A stretch of DNA of 24,000 nucleotides from Thalassovita sp. Lineage in GTDB: Bacteria > Pseudomonadota > Alphaproteobacteria > Rhodobacterales > Rhodobacteraceae. The notes below the pieces were generated by a model. That model made no database searches. It had not been told where the DNA came from and saw only the letters and a list, made by a program, of their open reading frames with translations. The translations under genes and the position numbers were made by a program. The stretch spans positions 384,836 to 408,835 of the forward strand of contig JAGDZD010000004.1 in the NCBI GenBank assembly GCA_049116315.1. The letters run 5' to 3'. Positions 1-8,331 of this stretch are shown in pieces. Position 1 is the first letter of the stretch. Each line of letters starts with the position of its first letter.

Positions 1-127
1 CCACAACAGGACGCATATCGGCGTATTCCTTGCCCAAAGCGGCAATATCCCCACTGCCGGCGGACATTTGCGCTTCGATGAATTCAAAACGGGCGGTGAT
101 CTGTTCTAGGCGGTCGCGTGCAATCAT
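1..127 (-). CDS. prfA: Peptide chain release factor 1, first ~42 codons only (gene runs off the left edge)
   Basis: Not in the ORF track because it is open-ended. The reverse complement from the ATG at 127-125 reads MIARDRLEQITARFEFIEAQMSAGSGDIAALGKEYADMRPVV. This resembles the N-terminal helical region of alphaproteobacterial RF1 (DRLxQIxxRFExxEAxM...EYAxLxPVV). Only a short fragment is visible. Confidence 0.5.
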   Translation of the reverse strand, partial: MIARDRLEQITARFEFIEAQMSAGSGDIAALGKEYADMRPVV

Positions 128-189
128 ATCCCCTGCTTTTCGTATTCAAGGGATTTGGTCAAGAGCTCGTCTTATGCTATAGTTGCTAT

Positions 190-480
190 ATGTGGAAACT
201 GATACCTCTCTTGATGCTCGCCCCCGCCGCCCTTGCTGATGCAAACATCGGTGGGAAAACCGTAGATTGTTATTGCACCGACAGCTCCGGCGGGCGCATT
301 GAACTGGGCCAATCCATCTGTCTTCAGGTCGATGGTCGCATGTTCATGGCGCAGTGCCAAATGTCGTTGAACGTGCCGATGTGGCGCGAAGTGGCGCAAG
401 GCTGCCTCAGCTCGTCACTGCAAAACCCGCAGCCCCTGACCCCAGTGCTCGACACGGGCGGCGTTGACGCCAAAATCTGA
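190..480 (+). CDS. Small secreted cysteine-rich hypothetical protein (96 aa)
   Basis: This uses the internal ATG of track ORF 118..480. It reads MWKLIPLLMLAPAALA/DANIGG, a typical Sec signal peptide with an AxA cleavage site. The mature part has 5 Cys (CYC, ICL, AQC, GCL). No recognisable family. The 3' 66 nt overlap the convergent DUF1499 gene. Confidence 0.5.
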   Translation: MWKLIPLLMLAPAALADANIGGKTVDCYCTDSSGGRIELGQSICLQVDGRMFMAQCQMSLNVPMWREVAQGCLSSSLQNPQPLTPVLDTGGVDAKI

Positions 481-840
481 CTGGCCAAACCGGGATCGCG
501 CCAGCACCACCACCGCGTTGCCGCGCTGCTCGATGGTGGTGTAATCGGGAAACCCCCAAACCGCGCTGCGGGTGACATAGGTCACGCGCCCCGTATCAGG
601 ATGGCCCGCAACAACCTTGGTGCGCGGCGTTGATTGCGCCACACGGTGCAGTTGCTCCAGCTGTCCAGGCAGAATACGCACCACACCAGTGGCAAAGCGC
701 CCCTCTTTTTGCGCGGCCAATGACACATGCCAACGCTGCGGATCACTGGGGGCACAACGCACATACAACGCCCCACACACGCCCGCCACAACCAACAGCG
801 CAACGATCAAGCTGGCGCCCCTCCGTTTCATCTTGCCCAA
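415..840 (-). CDS. DUF1499 family protein with N-terminal membrane anchor
   Basis: 141-aa ORF. The N-terminus has a hydrophobic segment (MKRRGASLIVALLVVAGVCGALY). The C-terminal motif SRFGQSDFGVNAARV matches my memory of DUF1499 (SRxGxSDxGxNxxR). Same strand as the ureohydrolase gene and 40 bp downstream of it. Confidence 0.7.
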   Translation of the reverse strand: MGKMKRRGASLIVALLVVAGVCGALYVRCAPSDPQRWHVSLAAQKEGRFATGVVRILPGQLEQLHRVAQSTPRTKVVAGHPDTGRVTYVTRSAVWGFPDYTTIEQRGNAVVVLARSRFGQSDFGVNAARVEHWGQGLRVLQ

Positions 841-880
841 AATACTCCCGCCGGAGGCCCCGGCGCCCCCATGTCACCGC

Positions 881-1843
881 TCAGGATTTGCGTGTCCATC
901 CCCACAGGCAGATCAATTCCATCGCCACATGCGCCCCGGCAACCGCCGTGCAGCCCCCCGCATCAAAGGGGGGTGACACTTCGACCACATCGCCCCCCAC
1001 CAAGGAAATTCCGGCCAGATCACGCAGGATCATCGCGGCCTGCGCGCTGGACAATCCGCCCCAGACCGGCGTGCCCGTGCCGGGGGCAAAGGCGGGATCC
1101 AAAGCATCAATATCAAAAGTCAGATAGGTGGGGTTCTGGCCCACCACCGCTTTCACCTTGGCGGCGATGTCAGCGGCGCTGCTTTCATGCACCTCGCGCG
1201 CATCAATCACATGCATGCCCAAATAGTCTTCACATTCGGTGCGGATTCCAATCTGGACTGACCGTTTGGGATCCACCAGACCCAGCTTCACCGCCTTATA
1301 CATAAAAGTGCCGTGATCAATCCGCTCAAGATCATCATCCCGCCACAGGTCTGAATGGGCATCAAATTGGATCACACTGAGGGGGCCATATTTTTCAGCA
1401 TAGGCCTTTAGGATTGGCAGGGTGATATAGTGATCTCCTCCCAGCGTCACCGTGGCCACATCGGCCTGAACCAACTTGCGAAAATGAGCTTCAACGGCTT
1501 TGGGAAACTCCCATGTGCGTGCGTAATCAAACGCCACATCGCCGTAATCCACAATCGAGAATTGCGACAGCGGATCAAAACCCCAGCCATAGGGCGGATC
1601 ATAGGGTTGCAGCGTGCTGGCCTCGCGGATGGCGCGCGGGCCAAGCCGGGTGCCCGGGCGATTGGTCACCGCCTGATCAAACGGCACCCCGGTCACCGCC
1701 AGCTGAACATCGCTTAAATCTTTGCTATAGCGGCGGCGCAAAAAGGACGTGGCCCCAGCAAAAGCATTCTCGTGGCTGAGCCCCCGCAAATCCTCGCGGG
1801 TGAACGCATGATCAATTTGCGTTTTTGCATCTTCTAGACCCAT
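881..1843 (-). CDS. Ureohydrolase family enzyme (agmatinase / guanidino-acid hydrolase type)
   Basis: Mn-binding signature blocks of the arginase/agmatinase family are present: GGDHYITLP, QFDAHSDLW, TFDIDALDP, GGLS. The start was moved to the internal ATG at 1843 (MGLEDAK...), which follows an AAGGGGG Shine-Dalgarno. The longer track ORF (to 1912) has no RBS. Confidence 0.85.
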   Translation of the reverse strand: MGLEDAKTQIDHAFTREDLRGLSHENAFAGATSFLRRRYSKDLSDVQLAVTGVPFDQAVTNRPGTRLGPRAIREASTLQPYDPPYGWGFDPLSQFSIVDYGDVAFDYARTWEFPKAVEAHFRKLVQADVATVTLGGDHYITLPILKAYAEKYGPLSVIQFDAHSDLWRDDDLERIDHGTFMYKAVKLGLVDPKRSVQIGIRTECEDYLGMHVIDAREVHESSAADIAAKVKAVVGQNPTYLTFDIDALDPAFAPGTGTPVWGGLSSAQAAMILRDLAGISLVGGDVVEVSPPFDAGGCTAVAGAHVAMELICLWGWTRKS

Positions 1844-1933
1844 GTCGCCCCCTTGCGCCAAAATATAATCAAATTCCAAACCGAGGTTTACCGCAGACAG
1901 TCCGCAGGTCAAGCATCTCGTGTCGGGCGGGGC

Positions 1934-3094
1934 CTATTGCGGCAGCGCTGTCTCAACCAAACGGGCAAAGAAAGACGCACCAATTGGGGCGATTTCGTCA
2001 TTAAAATCAAACCCCGGTTGGTGCAAAGCAGCCCCTTCGCCTGCGCCAAGGAACAGATAGGCCCCCGGGCGCGCTTCCAACAGATAGCTAAAGTCTTCGG
2101 CGCCCATTTCCCGCCCCGCGTCATCCACAACCATTTTGTCACCGGCAATTTCGCGGGCGATATCGGCGGCAAACTTTGCCTTGTCAGGATCGTTCACAGT
2201 TGCGGGATACCACACCTCGTAATTCAACTCGGCATGCACGCCGTAGGCCGGCCCCATGCCGTCACAGATCTCTTGCAAGCGCTGCATCACCATGGCCTGC
2301 ACCTTTTTATCAAAGGTCCGCACCGTGCCATTGATATAGGCGGTTTCGGGGATGATGTTTTCCGCAGAACCGGTGTGGATCTGGGTGACCGAGATCACCA
2401 AATCATCCAATGCATAATGGTTGCGGCTGGAAATCGATTGAATGGCCTGCACAATGCCAACCGCCGCGATCACCGGGTCTCGGGTGTCCTGTGGCATCGC
2501 CCCATGACCGCCGACACCTTTGATATGAATATGAAAGGTGTCCACCGCTGCCATTATCGGACCCGGCGTTGTGTAAAACCCGCCTTCGGTAAAACCGGGC
2601 GCGTTGTGCAACGCATAGACCTCTTGGATGGCAAACCGGTCCATGATGCCCTCTTGCACCATCACACCACCGCCGCCGCCATCTTCTTCGGCGGGCTGAA
2701 AAATCAGCGCAACTGTGCCAGAAAACTTGCGGGTTTCAGCCAGATATTTCGCCGCTCCCAACAACATAGTGGTGTGCCCGTCATGGCCACAGGCGTGCAT
2801 CACCCCGTCCTTCACCGACGCATATTCAGCGCCCGTCTCTTCTACGATCGGCAACGCATCCATGTCAGCGCGCAGACCGATGGTTGGGCCCTCACCCTGC
2901 CCTTTGATCAGGGCCACGATCCCCGTGGTGGCAATACCGGTGTGGATCTCATCCACACCAAAGGCCTTGAGCTGTGTTTCCACGAACCGCGCTGTTTCAT
3001 GGCATTCAAAGCCAAGTTCAGGGTTCTGATGTAAATGCCGCCGCCACGCGGTCATTTCGTCTGAGAACCCGGCAATGCGGTTGATAACGGCCAT
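1934..3094 (-). CDS. M20D-family amidohydrolase (hippurate hydrolase / N-acyl-L-amino-acid amidohydrolase type)
   Basis: 386 aa. Motifs include WRRHLHQNPELGFECHETARFV, MHACGHDGHT and FQPAEE(D)GGGG, the characteristic M20D metal-binding blocks. Confidence 0.85.
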   Translation of the reverse strand: MAVINRIAGFSDEMTAWRRHLHQNPELGFECHETARFVETQLKAFGVDEIHTGIATTGIVALIKGQGEGPTIGLRADMDALPIVEETGAEYASVKDGVMHACGHDGHTTMLLGAAKYLAETRKFSGTVALIFQPAEEDGGGGGVMVQEGIMDRFAIQEVYALHNAPGFTEGGFYTTPGPIMAAVDTFHIHIKGVGGHGAMPQDTRDPVIAAVGIVQAIQSISSRNHYALDDLVISVTQIHTGSAENIIPETAYINGTVRTFDKKVQAMVMQRLQEICDGMGPAYGVHAELNYEVWYPATVNDPDKAKFAADIAREIAGDKMVVDDAGREMGAEDFSYLLEARPGAYLFLGAGEGAALHQPGFDFNDEIAPIGASFFARLVETALPQ

Positions 3095-3374
3095 AATATG
3101 CTCCTGATTGGTCGCCAGAGTATCTATCTTGTAGATGACCAGTTCAAGGTCTGAACAACCGCGAGATGCGCACAGACATCAAAGCCGCAGCGCACACAGA
3201 CGCCGCGCGCCACAACTTTTATCATTTCGCAGAGCGTTGGTGAGGCACATGGAGCCAACGGGTTAAGCGTTCAGCGTTGTGATCACCCCCGCCCCGCGCT
3301 AGGACTTGCACAGGCTCTTGGTGGGACCTCTCGCCTCACTGGGACACGCGATACTTAACTGACAGGAACCTGTG

Positions 3375-4214
3375 ATGCCCGGTCCAAACTCTGACACCCT
3401 GATCAACGATCCCAAAGGCGGATTGCCGCGCTTGCTGGAGATCATGCGCCGCCTGCGTGACCCGGACACAGGCTGCCCTTGGGATATTGAGCAAACCTTT
3501 GCCACCATCGCGCCATACACCATCGAAGAGGCCTATGAAGTGGCCGATGCGATCGAGCGCCAAGACTGGGACGAGCTGCGCGGTGAACTTGGGGATCTGT
3601 TGTTTCAATCCGTATTTCACGCGCAGATGGCGCAAGAAGCAGGGATGTTCACCTTTGATGACGTGGCCAACACAATGTCAGACAAGATGGTCGCCCGCCA
3701 TCCGCATGTCTTTGGCAGCGAAAACCGGGACAAATCCGCTGAACAGCAAACTGTGGATTGGGAACAGATCAAAGCCGCCGAACGGGCGGGCAAAGAACAA
3801 AAAGGCGCATTAGACGGGGTGGCAGTTGGATTGCCTGCGCTGTTGCGCGCGGCAAAGCTGCAAAAACGCGCCGCCCGCGTGGGGTTTGACTGGCCCCATA
3901 TTGACCACGTGGTCGATAAGATTCGCGAAGAAGCGGCTGAATTGGCCGAGGCCCGCGACACCCTGACCCAAGACGACATCGAAGAAGAGTTTGGCGACTT
4001 GATGTTTGTGATGGCCAATCTGGCCCGGCACCTGAACATCGAACCCGAAGGCGCTTTGCGCGCAGCCAATGCCAAATTTATTCGACGTTTTGAAGGGGTT
4101 GAAGCCAAACTGGCCGCATTGGGAAAGACACCATCACAGTCGAATTTGGCCGAAATGGACGCGCTCTGGGATGCCGTCAAAGCCGAGGAGAAAGCCCAAA
4201 AATCCAGTTGTTGA
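3375..4214 (+). CDS. mazG: Nucleoside triphosphate pyrophosphohydrolase MazG (tandem MazG domains)
   Basis: Reads LLEIMRRLRDPDTGCPWDIEQTFATIAPYTIEEAYEVADAIE. The second domain has EExxELxEA and EEFGDLMF (EExxE/D motifs). ATG at 3375, with an in-frame GTG at 3372 also possible. Confidence 0.9.
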   Translation: MPGPNSDTLINDPKGGLPRLLEIMRRLRDPDTGCPWDIEQTFATIAPYTIEEAYEVADAIERQDWDELRGELGDLLFQSVFHAQMAQEAGMFTFDDVANTMSDKMVARHPHVFGSENRDKSAEQQTVDWEQIKAAERAGKEQKGALDGVAVGLPALLRAAKLQKRAARVGFDWPHIDHVVDKIREEAAELAEARDTLTQDDIEEEFGDLMFVMANLARHLNIEPEGALRAANAKFIRRFEGVEAKLAALGKTPSQSNLAEMDALWDAVKAEEKAQKSSC

Positions 4215-4259
4215 TTTTTTCAATCAGGTATTGACCAGAGTAAAATACTCAGGTTTAAG
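4212..4259 (+). promoter_or_regulatory. Putative fbpA promoter (TTGACC-N17-TTTAAG) preceded by a perfect TGATT-N5-AATCA palindrome
   Basis: Inverted repeat TGATT (4212-4216) / AATCA (4222-4226), which equals TGA-N9-TCA. A -35-like TTGACC sits at 4231-4236 and a -10-like TTTAAG at 4254-4259 with a 17-nt spacer. The element lies about 40 nt upstream of the fbpA start. By-eye motif match only. Confidence 0.3.
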
Positions 4260-4295
4260 CAGCCGCAATGAAACCCGGTTGTTCGGAGAATGAAA

Positions 4296-5309
4296 ATGTC
4301 GACCCTATTCAAATCTTTTGCTGGCGCAGTGGTTGCGTCCTTTGTTGCTGCGCCTGTTTTGGCAGAAGAAGTGAACCTGTATTCCTATCGTCAGCCGGAA
4401 TTGCTGCAGCCTTTGACCGATGCCTTCACCGCTGAGACTGGCATTGACGTCAACGTTGCGTATCTGAGCAAAGGCATGGTTGAGCGTCTGACCGCTGAAG
4501 GCAAACGCTCCCCTGCGGATCTGGTTCTGACCGTTGATATTTCACGTCTTGCCGCCGTTGTTGACGCAGGTCTGACCCAAGCCGTGGACAGCGAAGCCCT
4601 GCGCACAAACGTGCCAAGCGAATACCGCGATCCAGCCAACCACTGGTGGGGTCTGACGACACGTGCCCGTGTGGTTTACGCGTCGAAAGATCGCGTCGCC
4701 GAAGGCGAAGTGACCAGCTATGAAGATCTAGCTGACCCCAAGTGGAAAGGCCGCATCTGTACCCGCTCCGGCACCCACGCCTATAACGTGGCGCTGACCT
4801 CTGCTGTGATCCACCACCACGGTGAAGAAGGCGGCAAAGCCTGGCTCGAAGGGATCAAAGCCAACCTGGCCCGCAAACCACAGGGCAACGACCGCGCACA
4901 GGTCAAAGCGATCTGGGCAGGCGAATGCGATATCTCGATCGGCAACACCTATTACATGGGTAAAATGCTGGCCGATCCAGAGCAGCAGGACTGGGCCAAC
5001 AGCGTCAACATCGTATTCCCAGTGTTCGAAGGCGCTGGCGCGCATGTGAACATTTCTGGTGTGGCCATGACCAAATCCTCGCCAAACAAAGAAAACGCGT
5101 TGAAACTGATGGAATTCCTGACGTCCCCTGAGGCTCAGAAAATCTATGCCGAAGCCAACCACGAGTATCCAATTGCCCCCGGCACCGCGCCGAGCGCCTT
5201 GGTTCAAAGCTGGGGCAGCTTCACGGCTGACAGCGTCAACATGATGGATTTGGCCAAACAGCGCCCTGTGGCCCTGAAAATCACCGAACAAGTTGATTTT
5301 GACGGCTGA
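4296..5309 (+). CDS. fbpA: Fe(3+) ABC-transporter periplasmic substrate-binding protein (FbpA/AfuA type)
   Basis: Signal peptide MSTLFKSFAGAVVASFVAAPVLA/EE. The mature protein starts EVNLYSYRQPELLQPL..., and the body has the ferric-binding-protein family look (SPADLVLTVD, WKGRICTRSGTHAYN, GNTYYMG). The start was chosen at the ATG 4296, 7 nt after GGAG. The ATG at 4290 is too close to the SD. Confidence 0.8.
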   Translation: MSTLFKSFAGAVVASFVAAPVLAEEVNLYSYRQPELLQPLTDAFTAETGIDVNVAYLSKGMVERLTAEGKRSPADLVLTVDISRLAAVVDAGLTQAVDSEALRTNVPSEYRDPANHWWGLTTRARVVYASKDRVAEGEVTSYEDLADPKWKGRICTRSGTHAYNVALTSAVIHHHGEEGGKAWLEGIKANLARKPQGNDRAQVKAIWAGECDISIGNTYYMGKMLADPEQQDWANSVNIVFPVFEGAGAHVNISGVAMTKSSPNKENALKLMEFLTSPEAQKIYAEANHEYPIAPGTAPSALVQSWGSFTADSVNMMDLAKQRPVALKITEQVDFDG

Positions 5310-5334
5310 TCATTGCGATCAAACGCATGAGAGA

Positions 5335-5362
5335 AAGGGCGCCCACGACGGCGCCCTTTTTT
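5335..5362 (+). terminator. Rho-independent terminator after fbpA
   Basis: Stem GGGCGCC (5337-5343), loop CACGAC, stem GGCGCCC (5350-5356), followed by TTTTTT (5357-5362). Confidence 0.75.
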
Positions 5363-5514
5363 GTGCGCAGCCCTTTGGGGCAGCTGTTGCGTCGTGAGTA
5401 TTTTGGGCAAGATGAAAGCTGAAACCAGCGCAGAATTGGGATTGTATCACGCTGGTCTGGACTTCACTTCGCGAAGCTGAAAGGGTCGCGCCAAGACAAA
5501 CGAGAGTGACGCAA

Positions 5515-6450
5515 ATGCACAAGATTATCATCGATACCGATCCCGGACAGGACGACGCAGTGGCCATTTTGTTGGCTTTGGGCAGCCCCAAAGACATTGA
5601 GGTGCTGGGCATCACAGCGGTGGCGGGCAATGTGCCTTTGGCGTTGACAGAATTGAACGCGCGCAAGATTTGCGAATTGGCGGGACGTGCGGACATCAAA
5701 GTGTTTGCCGGCTGTGATCGCCCGATGGGGCGCGACCTGGTGACGGCGGAGCATGTGCATGGCAAAACCGGGCTTGATGGGCCGGTGCTGCCCGAGCCTG
5801 AGATGCCGCTTCAGGCGCAACACGGCGTTGATTTCATTATCGAAACCCTGCGGGCAGAACCTGCGGGTAGCGTCACATTATGCCCTTTGGGCCCTTTGAC
5901 AAACATTGCGACGGCCTTTGAAAAAGCGCCCGATATTGTGTCGAAAGTGCGCGAAATCGTGTTGATGGGGGGCGCCTATTTTGAGGTGGGCAACATCACA
6001 CCTGCGGCTGAGTTCAACATCTATGTTGATCCTCAGGCGGCGCAGATTGTGTTTGCCTCGGGCGTCAAAATCACGGTGATGCCCTTGGATGTGACCCATA
6101 AGGCGCTGGTCACAAAGCCGCGCAATGATGCGTTCCGCGATCTGAACACGCCTGTGGGCATAGCCGTGGCGCAGATGACCGATTTCTTTGAGCGATTTGA
6201 CAAGGAAAAATACGGCAGCGCCGGGGCGCCTTTGCATGACCCCTGCGTGACCGCTTATTTGATCAAGCCAGAGCTGTTTCAGGGCCGCCATATCAATGTG
6301 GAAATCGAAACCAGTTCGGAGTTGACCATGGGGATGACCGTTGCCGATTGGTGGGGGGTGACAGAGCGCCCGGCCAACGCCACCTTTATGGGGGATCTGG
6401 ATGCGGATGGGTTCTTTGCGCTGCTGACCGAGCGTTTGGCCACCCTATGA
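5515..6450 (+). CDS. Nucleoside hydrolase (inosine/uridine-preferring, IUNH/Rih family)
   Basis: The N-terminus IIIDTDPGQDDAVAILLAL is the DxDxxxDD aspartate cluster of the family. PLHDP is present near the C-terminus. ATG at 5515, 8 nt after GAGAG. Confidence 0.9.
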   Translation: MHKIIIDTDPGQDDAVAILLALGSPKDIEVLGITAVAGNVPLALTELNARKICELAGRADIKVFAGCDRPMGRDLVTAEHVHGKTGLDGPVLPEPEMPLQAQHGVDFIIETLRAEPAGSVTLCPLGPLTNIATAFEKAPDIVSKVREIVLMGGAYFEVGNITPAAEFNIYVDPQAAQIVFASGVKITVMPLDVTHKALVTKPRNDAFRDLNTPVGIAVAQMTDFFERFDKEKYGSAGAPLHDPCVTAYLIKPELFQGRHINVEIETSSELTMGMTVADWWGVTERPANATFMGDLDADGFFALLTERLATL

Positions 6451-6893
6451 CGGCGTTACACATGGCGAGCCCAAGCGACCTTGAGCGCTTGGTGCCGCTG
6501 GTGCGCGCCTTTCAGGAAGAGTTTGGGCTGAGCCGAACCGATGAGCACCGTCGCGCGGCGCTGATGCCGTTGCTGGAGGGATCGCCGCATGGGGTTGCCT
6601 ATTTGTTTGGCCCTCAGCGCGCGCCCATTGGCTATACGGTGATCAGTTTTGGCTGGTCGCTTGAACTTGGTGGCATGGATGGGTTTGTCGATGAGATCTA
6701 TGTGCGCCCCGGCGTGCGCGGACGTGGCATCGGTTCAGAGGTGCTGACAGCCTTGCCCAAAGCCCTGGCTGGAGCGGGATTGAAAGCGCTGCACCTAGAG
6801 GTGAAACGTGACGATGACGACACGCAGCGTTTTTATCGCCGCCTTCGCTTTAAAGACCGCGCGGACTATATGTTGATGACTTTGGACTGCTGA
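6447..6893 (+). CDS. GNAT-family N-acetyltransferase
   Basis: The start ATG overlaps the nucleoside-hydrolase stop (ATGA at 6447-6450). The acetyl-CoA-binding block reads IYVRPGVRGRGIGSEVL (Q/RxxGxG/A motif), followed by ...RFYRRLRF. Confidence 0.75.
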   Translation: MTALHMASPSDLERLVPLVRAFQEEFGLSRTDEHRRAALMPLLEGSPHGVAYLFGPQRAPIGYTVISFGWSLELGGMDGFVDEIYVRPGVRGRGIGSEVLTALPKALAGAGLKALHLEVKRDDDDTQRFYRRLRFKDRADYMLMTLDC

Positions 6894-6912
6894 TCCAGCG
6901 CAGGAAGCGAGC

Positions 6913-8331
6913 ATGAAAACCAAGATCCCATTTGACAACAGCTATGGCACCTTGCCCGAGCGCTTCTTCACCCGTCAGGCCCCAACGCCCGTCAGCGCGC
7001 CTGCGTTGATTGTGTTCAATGAGGCGCTTGCACAGACTTTGGGGATCGACGTTGGGGACGCGCAAGAATTGGCCGAAATATTTGGTGGCAACCACGTCCC
7101 TCACGGCGCGGACCCTTTGGCACAGGTCTATGCCGGGCATCAATTTGGCGGCTTTTCACCGCAGCTGGGCGATGGGCGCGCTTTGTTACTTGGGGAGCTG
7201 CGCGACGCCAGCGGCGAGCCCCGAGACCTTCAGCTGAAAGGATCAGGGCCAACCCCCTATTCACGACGTGGCGACGGCCGGGCTTGGTTGGGGCCGGTGT
7301 TGCGGGAATATGTGCTGAGCGAAGCCATGCATGCCTTGGGGGTGCCCACCACCCGTGCGTTGGCGGCGGTGTTGAGCGGGGATCGGGTTCAGCGCGAGCG
7401 CGGGTATCCTGGCGCGGTGCTCACCCGCGTTGCGGCAAGTCATATTCGTGTTGGCACGTTTCAATATTTCTATGCACGTCAAGACCTTGAAGGCCTAAGC
7501 GCATTGTTTGCCTATACCAAGGCGCGCCATTACCCCGAGGTCACATCCCCGCAAGAATTGCTGGATGCGGTGATCGCGCGTCAGGTCAAACTGGTGGTGA
7601 AATGGCTGTCTTTGGGATTTATCCATGGGGTCATGAACACCGACAACACCTCATTGTCGGGGGAAACCATCGATTACGGTCCCGCCGCCTATTTGGACAC
7701 CTATCACCCACAGACGGTGTATTCCTCGATCGATCATGGCGGGCGCTATGCCTATGACAATCAGGCCAATATCTTGGCGTGGAACATGGCGCAACTGGCC
7801 TCGTCTTTGGTGCCTTTGGTGGAAAACACCGATGAGGCGATTTCTGAATTTACCAAGTCTGTCAACGGGATGCGCGACCTTATTGAGGCGGAATGGGTTT
7901 CAGTCTTTGGGCAGAAAATTGGCATTGCCGACGCCACACAAGCGGACAAACCGTTGATCACCGAGCTTTTGCAGCTGATGGCCGAAAACAAAACGGATTT
8001 CACGAATACTTTCTTTGCCTTACGCAACGAACCTGCGCGGGACCAATTCCTAAACCCAGAGCAATTTGATCAATGGGCGCTGAAATGGCAGGCCCGGTTG
8101 GTCAGCGAAACGGACCCAGACGGTGTGATGGCGCGTGCCAACCCTGTTCTGATCCCGCGCAACCACCGTATAGAACAGATGATCAGCGCGGCTGTTGATG
8201 GGGATTTCGCCCCGTTTCACCGCTTAAACGCCGCTTTGGCGCGCCCATTTGAGGTTGATCCTGCATTCGAAGAACTCAGGCGTCCGCCGGAGCCCACCGA
8301 GGAAGTGCGTGAAACCTTTTGTGGCACGTGA
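6913..8331 (+). CDS. selO: Protein adenylyltransferase SelO (YdiU family pseudokinase)
   Basis: 472 aa. Matches include FDNSYGTLPERFF, AQVYAGHQFGGFSPQLGDGRALLLGE, LQLKGSGPTPYSRRGDGRA, EYVLSEAMHALGVPTTRALA and HGVMNTDNTSLSGETIDYGP. An AGGAAG SD lies upstream. Confidence 0.9.
   Translation: MKTKIPFDNSYGTLPERFFTRQAPTPVSAPALIVFNEALAQTLGIDVGDAQELAEIFGGNHVPHGADPLAQVYAGHQFGGFSPQLGDGRALLLGELRDASGEPRDLQLKGSGPTPYSRRGDGRAWLGPVLREYVLSEAMHALGVPTTRALAAVLSGDRVQRERGYPGAVLTRVAASHIRVGTFQYFYARQDLEGLSALFAYTKARHYPEVTSPQELLDAVIARQVKLVVKWLSLGFIHGVMNTDNTSLSGETIDYGPAAYLDTYHPQTVYSSIDHGGRYAYDNQANILAWNMAQLASSLVPLVENTDEAISEFTKSVNGMRDLIEAEWVSVFGQKIGIADATQADKPLITELLQLMAENKTDFTNTFFALRNEPARDQFLNPEQFDQWALKWQARLVSETDPDGVMARANPVLIPRNHRIEQMISAAVDGDFAPFHRLNAALARPFEVDPAFEELRRPPEPTEEVRETFCGT

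Noticed and set aside
1853-3034. 393-aa ORF on the + strand
   Set aside because: It lies entirely antisense to the well-supported M20D amidohydrolase gene. The translation is Arg/His/Gly-rich with no motifs. This is a typical shadow ORF of a GC-rich gene.
3095-3374. 280-bp divergent region between the amidohydrolase and mazG, with the direct repeat GCGCACAGAC (3168-3177) / GCGCACACAGAC (3190-3201)
   Set aside because: I looked for ncRNA or operator structure. I found only a short imperfect direct repeat and no hairpin-plus-U-tract or clear promoter boxes. The region is probably ordinary divergent promoter space.
3375-4214. Possibility that mazG marks a mazEF toxin-antitoxin locus
   Set aside because: There are no small paired ORFs resembling MazE/MazF upstream or downstream. 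MazG is a stand-alone housekeeping NTP pyrophosphohydrolase in alphaproteobacteria.
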